Shown: positions 56,496 through 64,000 of the stretch, piece after piece | Position numbering within the stretch: the first letter of the stretch is position 1 | Layout of the letters: each line of letters starts with the position of its first letter | Assembly (NCBI GenBank): GCA_030706585.1 | Contig: JAUZOF010000001.1 | Span: forward strand, 5,424 to 69,423 | Direction of reading: 5' to 3' | DNA: 64,000 nt | From: Bacteroidota bacterium | Lineage (GTDB): Bacteria; Bacteroidota; Bacteroidia; Bacteroidales; UBA7332 | Translations under genes and position numbers: made by a program | The notes under the pieces: model-generated | Seen by the model: only the letters and a program-made list of their open reading frames with translations | Databases searched by the model: none | Told to the model about the DNA's origin: nothing

Positions 56496-57734
56496 TCACT
56501 CACCACCTTTGGTTGGAAGATAGCTATTAGAAATAATTTTACGTACTTCATTGTAAATACTGTCTGAATAGGCCTCATACACAAAATCAAGCATATCTCG
56601 GTTTAATTTTGAATATGCCTGTTTATCAAATTCTTTTTCGTGGAATTCAGTATAAATATGTTCCTCATACCATTTCTTAAAGTTTTCATAGGAGTCCACC
56701 ATACCAATCTCCCCCAATATACTTTTTAATGAATCTATGTTAATCGCAGTTCTTCGCATATTTCTAAGAATTCTACCTGACTTTTTAAGAACATCATCTC
56801 TATTGTATTTCGTGTATATCTGGAAAACATTCAGGTTTCCATGTTCAGGCTGTTCATCTAATTTATCTTTATCTCCAATTAATTGTAAATGTCTGGCTGA
56901 ATTTCTATCAACTGTAATTTTTAGTTCAATCTCTGTAATCTCATCACTTATAATATCATACACTGGTTTAAATACCATATCTCGTTTAAATCCAGAAATA
57001 TATGGATTCAGGTGGAATTTGTCTGAAAATGGAGTTGTATATTTATTTGTCAAATTGCATGTTGTATCACAAGGAACAAGATTAAACACAGAAAGAGCCA
57101 ATAACGGATTATTATCTTTATCAAAGAAATGATCTAAATTAAATTGATCAGCTGTTTTTCCTGTGTTTGCATTTTCAGTATGTAAGGCAATTCCTTGATT
57201 ACAGTAAGGACAAAAAGTAGTTAAATTCCTATCATAAAAAAAATGTCTGACTATTGATCCAATCTCTCCTTTATAATCGAAAGCTAATTTTAAAACATCT
57301 AATTCCCCCGCATTGACAAGATTGTATTGTGCAAGCAAATTATCGCTTGTGTCTTTTAAATTTTCGGGATCTCCAATTAAAATTAAGTCAAGTTCATTTT
57401 TAGTAGGATCTAAAAGAGTATTTATTAGATTAGTTAAGTCGTTAAGATTTACTGTGTTGATATTATTAATACCATCGAGATAATGTTGAACCCCATAGAT
57501 ATAAACAGGTTTATTAAAATATCCTTTTGCAACTTTAGTAGGACGAATAATATTAGCAATATCCTTAGTGTATGATTTTACTGAGACGATATCTTTATCA
57601 ACAATTTTCGTGTGGTCTTGTAAATGTTCAAGCGATAATTTCAAAAATTTTAGTTTATCGAGAACTAAAGGTTTAATTAGTCTTAGATATGACGTTTTGA
57701 GTGCTAAAACATCATTTATTTGAATTTTTATCAT
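56496..57734 (-). CDS. HNH endonuclease (Septu PtuB-like)
   Basis: CPYCN, LDHFF.K, S..NLVPC..CN, LNPY; 4-bp ATGA overlap with the ATPase gene. Confidence 0.8.
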   Translation of the reverse strand: MIKIQINDVLALKTSYLRLIKPLVLDKLKFLKLSLEHLQDHTKIVDKDIVSVKSYTKDIANIIRPTKVAKGYFNKPVYIYGVQHYLDGINNINTVNLNDLTNLINTLLDPTKNELDLILIGDPENLKDTSDNLLAQYNLVNAGELDVLKLAFDYKGEIGSIVRHFFYDRNLTTFCPYCNQGIALHTENANTGKTADQFNLDHFFDKDNNPLLALSVFNLVPCDTTCNLTNKYTTPFSDKFHLNPYISGFKRDMVFKPVYDIISDEITEIELKITVDRNSARHLQLIGDKDKLDEQPEHGNLNVFQIYTKYNRDDVLKKSGRILRNMRRTAINIDSLKSILGEIGMVDSYENFKKWYEEHIYTEFHEKEFDKQAYSKLNRDMLDFVYEAYSDSIYNEVRKIISNSYLPTKGGE

Positions 57735-59959
57735 CTTTCTGAATCTAAGAAATTTTTCAAACTTGATTTTAAAAATGAATCTCCAACCATTTCTAATAAC
57801 TTTTCATCTTCTTCTGTAAATTCTCTTTTTTCTTTTATATTTTCAATAAAAGTTCTGATTTTTGATTCTGCAAAACTACCCATTAGAGTCCCATTTAAAA
57901 AGAAACTATTAGCCAGAAGTTCATTAATATTTGCTGCAAAAGTTTGAGATTCAGCTTTCCTTGGAATAGAGCGTTTGGTCTTTTTATCTAAATCGAGGAG
58001 CATAATATTTTCCACTGGAATATCAGAGAGAATAAAAGGAGAATGAGTAAGAAGTAAAATATTTATTGCTTTAATTCTATCGTTTTTTTCCATATAAATT
58101 CTTCCAATAGCTTTCAATAGATCAGAAATGAATCTACGTTGATAGTCAGGGTGAAAATAAAGTTCAATCTCATCATAAATGATATTTACATATTCATATT
58201 TAATCCGTTGACTTGCACCAAGGTGTGCGGATTGCAAATTATTTAAATGATATATAACAGATTGAATTGTATGTATTAATTGTTGTTCACCTGAGCTTAA
58301 TTCATTAAATAAGGATTGGGAGCCTAAGTCATTCGATAATTCAAAATCAATATCGAATATTGCTGGTGGTAAAAATCTGATAATATCAGGTAGTGCAGGG
58401 TAATCCATCCAGCTCATTAACTCTTCTAATGAAAATTCAAATTGAATTTTAGTGTTATTTTCGAGTTGTCCCTTTTTTACATGGAAGTCTCCACCCTCTT
58501 TTGAGTTGAGACAATATTTCAAGAAATAAATGGCTTGTTTTAGCTTATATGTTATATGGCTACCATCAGTCTTTAATGAATTGAAGAACTTTTCATTTTC
58601 AATAAATGGTGTGCTTTCACTAAATTGATACCCATTGCCGAACCAAGGGTAAATCCTTGCAATCTTTTCTACTTTATGAAGTATATAATTAACAATTATT
58701 TCTTTTAAGGGGAAGTCCTTTGATAACAAAAGACTTTGTTCATTATCAGAGAGGTAACCACTAATGAATGTTTCGAAAAGGTTGTAGGAACGAGCATCAT
58801 TGCTACTTATTTGGTTTCCTTTAAACCGAATTATTTTTGGTATTTTATTTACTTTATCCCTATTAAGAGATAATTTCACCTTGTATATATATTGATTTTC
58901 TGTAATGTAAACTTTATTATCACTTTTTTTGCTGCTAATATTTTCTTTCAATACATTTGTCAATAATCTGTATCTCGCAAAATTAATTTCTGAATTAATT
59001 TCAAAATCTCCATTTGTGCGCATTGGATTGATAACTAATGGAGTTGTATATCCATCGTTTTTATGAAAAAGAGCATTTATCCAGTCTCCAAGATAAAATG
59101 AGTTTAGAGCATAGTGTGAATAATTTACAGCAATAGTATAGAAGAAATGCTTAGATAAATCCGATAATCTGATATTAATATCATCTGTACATTTAATAGC
59201 TTTCGCAGTTGAATTAACATGTTTAATGCGTATAATCTTATTGACAGGACTCTCTGAGGCAGCATCATAATCTAAAATCATGCAAAAAAACTCTCTATTT
59301 ATCTCAAAATAAATTTCAGCTTTAAGTTCATTCCCAAATTTGATTATTTCATTTCTTTTTCTCTTAATTCCTTTTTTTTCTTTTGTAATATAATCTTTGC
59401 GTAGTTTTAGTTCTTCTTCATGTTTTAGATAAGTGATAAATTGTACTTTCAATTGATCAAATAGCACTTGTGCACTTATTTCTTTATTCTTTTGTTTTAA
59501 AAGACTTACTATCTTTTGTTTTTTTTGAGCAAGTTTTGATAGTTGCCTTGATAAGTCTGTTGTTTCGCTTTCTAAATTTGCGATATGTTTGTTTAAACTC
59601 TCCAGGTTAGGTGTAAGTATATTATTACTAACAGAAAACAAATATATGGTTGCAAATAGAAATTCAATTAATGTACTTTTTCCAGACCCATTTTTACCTG
59701 CTATAGCAGAAATATTAATTTTCAATTTCTGCCCGTCTGCAGTTCTTATGTCATAAAGATTCTCAGGTATAGTTGTATTTTCTGAGATATATTCAATATT
59801 ATCAAATAAATTTGTAATAGGTTGAAGATCTTTATTGAAAAATGAACAGGAATTATATAAGGCATAGATCTGACCTGCCGTTAGATTTTTTAAGAATCTT
59901 CTGTTACATCCTTTTAGTGGCCTTATTGCAAGTAATTTAAAGTTGTTGTAATTTTGCAT
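57731..59959 (-). CDS. ABC/AAA_21 ATPase (Septu PtuA-like) with coiled-coil insert
   Basis: GKNGSGKS, HKNDGY..P.VINP.R, LSSGEQQ, YDEIELYFHP, THSPFILSD, TFAANI. Confidence 0.85.
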   Translation of the reverse strand: MQNYNNFKLLAIRPLKGCNRRFLKNLTAGQIYALYNSCSFFNKDLQPITNLFDNIEYISENTTIPENLYDIRTADGQKLKINISAIAGKNGSGKSTLIEFLFATIYLFSVSNNILTPNLESLNKHIANLESETTDLSRQLSKLAQKKQKIVSLLKQKNKEISAQVLFDQLKVQFITYLKHEEELKLRKDYITKEKKGIKRKRNEIIKFGNELKAEIYFEINREFFCMILDYDAASESPVNKIIRIKHVNSTAKAIKCTDDINIRLSDLSKHFFYTIAVNYSHYALNSFYLGDWINALFHKNDGYTTPLVINPMRTNGDFEINSEINFARYRLLTNVLKENISSKKSDNKVYITENQYIYKVKLSLNRDKVNKIPKIIRFKGNQISSNDARSYNLFETFISGYLSDNEQSLLLSKDFPLKEIIVNYILHKVEKIARIYPWFGNGYQFSESTPFIENEKFFNSLKTDGSHITYKLKQAIYFLKYCLNSKEGGDFHVKKGQLENNTKIQFEFSLEELMSWMDYPALPDIIRFLPPAIFDIDFELSNDLGSQSLFNELSSGEQQLIHTIQSVIYHLNNLQSAHLGASQRIKYEYVNIIYDEIELYFHPDYQRRFISDLLKAIGRIYMEKNDRIKAINILLLTHSPFILSDIPVENIMLLDLDKKTKRSIPRKAESQTFAANINELLANSFFLNGTLMGSFAESKIRTFIENIKEKREFTEEDEKLLEMVGDSFLKSSLKNFLDSER

Positions 59960-59964
59960 TGATA

Positions 59965-61578
59965 TTATACATTTAGTTTGAAATATGGGTGATCATATCT
60001 ATTTGCTCTGTTACCTGGATCAATAATTGTTGTCCCTAACCAACCTTTTAAAAATTGTGGGAGTTCAAAGATTGTTATTGCGCGAAAATCACCATTAAAC
60101 ATATAGAAAGTGGGGGTGTTAATTAAGAAACAACCCTCTACAGAAAAATCTAACAGTGAAATATCCGTTAACCCCAGTTTTACTTCAAAATGTTCCTGTA
60201 AAATAGGGCGATTATCACGAATCCAATCAACTTTCTTTTTTAATTTGCGCTCATATTTATTCTTAAAGTTAGAGAAGTCTTTTTGCCAACCAACAGCTTC
60301 ATATTTTGATCGGTTATACTTTATATCTGCAACTATTATTCTTCGATATTTTGGGATTACAATTATACAGTCTATTTCACCCGGGTTTGAAAGGATATTT
60401 AAATTTTGATTATTTTTTTTCTTTAAGACTTCAACATTATAATCTGCAATTGCCTCACAGCCCACAACCAGTTCTTTTACTTTGTTTAAATAGGTAGACT
60501 CATGGTTATTACTCTTTTGATCCATGAAAAGTTTAAATTCAGGAACCATTTGCCACTCGCTTGGTAGACCTTCCCAGTGTAGTGCATTTGTTGTTAGCAT
60601 CTGAAATGTTTCTTCTAGTTTATTTTCCCCAATCAGAGCTCTTTCTTCACCACAAATATTATATACAAGGATTGGCCTAAATGCATATCGATATTCATCA
60701 GTTGGTTTGTATATTGTTGTTTCAAGAGAAGGCTTGTTTGCTCGGTTAATAGTCAAACCGTTGCAGAAGAGTTTCATTAATTCTACATCTTTATCATATA
60801 AATCAGCTAAGTTGATTGGTAAAATATAAGGCTCAATTGATTGAATGTTAGGGTTTCTTGGATTATGGTGTTCTTGTATTGTTCTTACAAGAGAAAAAAA
60901 ATCACCAATTGCAAAACCAAAACATTCAACAATCTTATTATTCACATCCTCTCCGGCATTTATATCACAAATGGCAGCTTCAAATTGACCTTCCAATAGT
61001 TGGGGAATTGTATTAAATATCAATCCAAAATGATTATTCAACGAAATTGTAAATAGATTATCTTCAATCTCAATTTTATAACAATTCTCAATCATTTTGC
61101 AATTAGCAATTCTATCTGACAGATCATAAAGCCATGTTGCTATGTATATTAAGTGTTGAAGCACAATTTCTTGCCGTCTAGCCCCCCTGATACTTAATGT
61201 GCCCCAGTTTAAATCTATCTCACACCCCTGTTCTAAAACTAATTTTAATATTCGTCTATAGAGGGCAAATTCATTTTCCTGAATACCTACAAATCTATAA
61301 CCTTCCAATGTTTTAAAATACAAATTAATTGATTCTTCATGCAAGTAAAAGGCATACATGTAAAATGAAATACTTGTTTCAAGGAGTAGAATGTCTTTAA
61401 ATTTATCTGCTAAAAATTGGAAAGCATCCTTTAAGATCGTTTCGGTCAATTCATTGTTAGAGAAATCCTGATCTGAGTACTTTCCCCTTAAATATTCAGA
61501 TAATTGTGTCCAGTAAATTTCACTCAATGACTCTTCGTACGTCAAAATAGGATGCCCATCTTCAAAAATCTTCCCCAT
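59965..61578 (-). CDS. Hypothetical protein with C-terminal PD-(D/E)xK nuclease-like domain
   Basis: Helical N-terminus; H/E...GEID.IIV......IVADIK motif in the last ~180 aa. Confidence 0.6.
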   Translation of the reverse strand: MGKIFEDGHPILTYEESLSEIYWTQLSEYLRGKYSDQDFSNNELTETILKDAFQFLADKFKDILLLETSISFYMYAFYLHEESINLYFKTLEGYRFVGIQENEFALYRRILKLVLEQGCEIDLNWGTLSIRGARRQEIVLQHLIYIATWLYDLSDRIANCKMIENCYKIEIEDNLFTISLNNHFGLIFNTIPQLLEGQFEAAICDINAGEDVNNKIVECFGFAIGDFFSLVRTIQEHHNPRNPNIQSIEPYILPINLADLYDKDVELMKLFCNGLTINRANKPSLETTIYKPTDEYRYAFRPILVYNICGEERALIGENKLEETFQMLTTNALHWEGLPSEWQMVPEFKLFMDQKSNNHESTYLNKVKELVVGCEAIADYNVEVLKKKNNQNLNILSNPGEIDCIIVIPKYRRIIVADIKYNRSKYEAVGWQKDFSNFKNKYERKLKKKVDWIRDNRPILQEHFEVKLGLTDISLLDFSVEGCFLINTPTFYMFNGDFRAITIFELPQFLKGWLGTTIIDPGNRANRYDHPYFKLNV

Positions 61579-61581
61579 AGT

Positions 61582-62268
61582 TTAGTATTTTAGTACAATT
61601 ATTGATAGGTTATCCTGATTATTGACGCTAGAAGTTTCAAGTTCGGTAATAATTTCTGCTTCAGTATTCAACATAAGAGTTGCCGGATTTACAGAATTAT
61701 AAAGTCCATCAGAGCTAATGCAGATTGAATCTCCTTGTTGGAGCTGAATTTCGACAACAGGGAGGTGTAATTCTGATGGTGTGCCGGATAGCGACTTTGT
61801 GACAATGTGTTTGTAGCGTTCGATTTCTTTGGTTGAGACGGGTCCGTTCTTTTTCATTTCATTGACAAGAGTATGACTTTCGGAAATGAAAAGCTGTTTG
61901 TTGTCTCTGAAATGTTGTATTTGTACATCTCCTAACCAAAAGGTATAGGCAGTGCTGTCAATTATGAGTACTCCCGCTATGGTTGTTCCTAATTTGGCAT
62001 GATACTGATTTCGCAACGTGAGAATTTGACTGTTGGAAAATTCGACCGCCTGTTGAATGAGTGCAGGTATTTCTCCTTGAATGTTGCTTTCGGCAAGAAA
62101 TTGAAAAATGGCTTCTGTGGCTGTTTGGGACGCCACTTCCCCGTACTCGTAACCGCCCATACCGTCCGCAACTATATGTAGCGAAATACTATCCGAAAGT
62201 ATTTCGCTTTTTATGTAGTCTTCGTTGGTTTCCCGAATTCCTTTGCAGGTGTATGAAAAGATTTTCAT
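61582..62268 (-). CDS. PP2C-family Ser/Thr protein phosphatase
   Basis: G.R..NED, VADGMGG, GTT, LGD, SSDGL, QDN. Confidence 0.92.
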   Translation of the reverse strand: MKIFSYTCKGIRETNEDYIKSEILSDSISLHIVADGMGGYEYGEVASQTATEAIFQFLAESNIQGEIPALIQQAVEFSNSQILTLRNQYHAKLGTTIAGVLIIDSTAYTFWLGDVQIQHFRDNKQLFISESHTLVNEMKKNGPVSTKEIERYKHIVTKSLSGTPSELHLPVVEIQLQQGDSICISSDGLYNSVNPATLMLNTEAEIITELETSSVNNQDNLSIIVLKY

Positions 62269-62270
62269 TG

Positions 62271-64000
62271 TCAAATTGCTTTCTTGGTTTCACCACCATG
62301 TTTTGTCACACGTGGGCGTGTGGAAATCTTCACAGGTCTATTCGTTATTCCTTTATCCGTTGATTTTGTAGCCCACAAATAGCCTTCGCCAGGAGATAAG
62401 GTTGATAATTCAAGTGGGGTTAAATGTGACAGCTGTGTTATCGATTTCTGAATATGTTTTACCCATTGCGGACTATTGAATTTATGCAATAACACAATGG
62501 AACTCAATTCAATAATTTCATTTGGCAGACTTATAGGATCCTGACTTGCAATCATAATGGATACTCCTTTGTGTCGCATTTCTCTGATTGAGGTTACAAT
62601 GCTATTGGTCAAATCTTTGTTGTCCATGTATTTGTGTGCTTCATCAAATACAATGAATTTATTGAATGGAGTATCGTTGAATGTTTTCACCCCAGAGAAA
62701 ATGTTCAGCATTACCACAAACAGACCAAGTGCTTCATCCTTTTCAATAAATTCATCCCGTAAATCAACTATAATCAATCTTCCCGGGCGAAGCAATTCTC
62801 TGATTTGTGAGTTGTCATCAATATATTCGTCTGCAAACTGGAGTCGTTGTTCAGCCAGTGTACGTTGGGTATTGCTTAACAGGGTGGATTCTGCGACATT
62901 GTTGCGTAAACCAACCAAGCTAATATTATCCCGGATATTTCTCATGATTGCTTTCAACTGACGAATGTATGTTGAATCATTGCCGATAGCACCTAATAAA
63001 AACATCCAATCCTGTACACTCAGTTCATTCGAATTAAAGCTGATTGGGTATATATCAATCGAAGGGAATTGTTCCCGCCTTTCGTTTACTTTTGCCCGGG
63101 GGGTAAGAATTACAACGTCAGATAGGCTAGAAGGATTTGCATTATACTCCCGTTTAAGTTTTTCCAATTCTGATATATTATTGTTTGGATTAATCATGGA
63201 CGTGAATTCAGGTTCGTAATCCATACTCTCGCTGTAATGAAAAATTACACCCGCTAAAGGAGCCGGTAATTTATTGATATTGCCAAACTGTTTAATCACC
63301 ATCTCGGTGATACTACCAATCGTATAACTCTTACCACCTCCCTGTACACCGAAAAGGCTAATTGTATTTGTTTCTGTCAAATCAAGTGCAATCGTTTTAG
63401 TGCTTGCAACCACCTTACCCAAAATGCCGAATTGCTCAGAGGAAGACGTTTTACCAATTATAATATCGAAGTCCGGAGTTTCATCGTTATTCATATTGGT
63501 TACAACACTATCTGATACAAGTTCCTCTTTGTTCTCTTCTTCCATTTCGGATAAATCTGATTCATCCTCTTCAGTAGTTATTTCAACCGCAGGTATATTT
63601 TCTACCTCCAATTCATTGTCTTCAGATTGATTTGATTCCTTATCCACTTTTTCAGGACTTTCGTCAATAACCGTTGTTGTATAAGAATCAATAATGGGTT
63701 CATAAACAGCCGAAGTATTTGTTACTTTAGGCTTTGCCGGCAATTTGACCGGCTCACCAAAGAAAGCAATCAATTGTTCTTCATCCTTCACATGTTCCAA
63801 TCTACGTGTATTTAAGTCTGAATCCGGATCAAGAATATCTCCAATTAAGTTTTTACCAAAGGTAAAGAACGTAGATTCATTGTCCAATACTTCTTTTTTA
63901 TGCCGTTGTACTGCAGAGTAGTCGAAGATTATCCCCAGTTTTTTAAACTTCAGGTTATAACCATATTGAAGATTATCCATACACTCCAAATATGCGTCAT
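62271..64000 (-). CDS. Large HerA/FtsK-like ATPase resembling the MADS subunit MAD8 C-terminus; 5'-truncated
   Basis: Frame is open to the window edge; TISLFGVQGGGKSYT, VIFHYS..MDY.PEF, IVDLRDEFIEKDEALGLF, FDEAHK, SQDP, RPRVT.HGG.TK.A. Confidence 0.75.
   Translation of the reverse strand, partial: DAYLECMDNLQYGYNLKFKKLGIIFDYSAVQRHKKEVLDNESTFFTFGKNLIGDILDPDSDLNTRRLEHVKDEEQLIAFFGEPVKLPAKPKVTNTSAVYEPIIDSYTTTVIDESPEKVDKESNQSEDNELEVENIPAVEITTEEDESDLSEMEEENKEELVSDSVVTNMNNDETPDFDIIIGKTSSSEQFGILGKVVASTKTIALDLTETNTISLFGVQGGGKSYTIGSITEMVIKQFGNINKLPAPLAGVIFHYSESMDYEPEFTSMINPNNNISELEKLKREYNANPSSLSDVVILTPRAKVNERREQFPSIDIYPISFNSNELSVQDWMFLLGAIGNDSTYIRQLKAIMRNIRDNISLVGLRNNVAESTLLSNTQRTLAEQRLQFADEYIDDNSQIRELLRPGRLIIVDLRDEFIEKDEALGLFVVMLNIFSGVKTFNDTPFNKFIVFDEAHKYMDNKDLTNSIVTSIREMRHKGVSIMIASQDPISLPNEIIELSSIVLLHKFNSPQWVKHIQKSITQLSHLTPLELSTLSPGEGYLWATKSTDKGITNRPVKISTRPRVTKHGGETKKAI

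Noticed and set aside
62271-64000. Conjugative VirB4/VirD4 or DptH assignment for the terminal ATPase
   Set aside because: TraG and MobC already fill those roles, and the motif string fits MAD8 better; an HMM search is still needed.

Overview
Bacteroidales-type DNA (TAnnTTTG promoters, SusC/SusD, CTnDOT-family tra genes) in four blocks. (1) 1-25.2 kb: an ECF-sigma/FecR-controlled polysaccharide utilization locus: SusC/SusD, beta-helix enzyme, GH3, GH29, GH97, alginate-lyase-fold protein, DUF2264/GH154-like protein, GH88 and three esterases. (2) 26.1-34 kb: an ICE regulation/maintenance block: rteC, two HTH/Xis-like genes, primase-helicase, histone-H1-like gene, radC/JAB and an AAA ATPase, plus two homologous long DNA hairpins that look like single-strand (Frpo-like) promoters. 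(3) 34.2-56.2 kb: a CTnDOT-like conjugation module (traA-traQ on the minus strand, oriT region, mobABC) with a five-gene type V pilus cassette placed between traG and traI and a terminator after the major pilin. (4) 56.5-64 kb: an AT-rich, tightly coupled defence operon: MAD8-like ATPase (cut by the window edge), PP2C phosphatase, orphan PD-(D/E)xK nuclease, ABC ATPase and HNH nuclease. No integrase, att site, tRNA, rRNA, CRISPR array or reverse transcriptase is visible. All family calls come from recognising motifs by eye, not from database searches.
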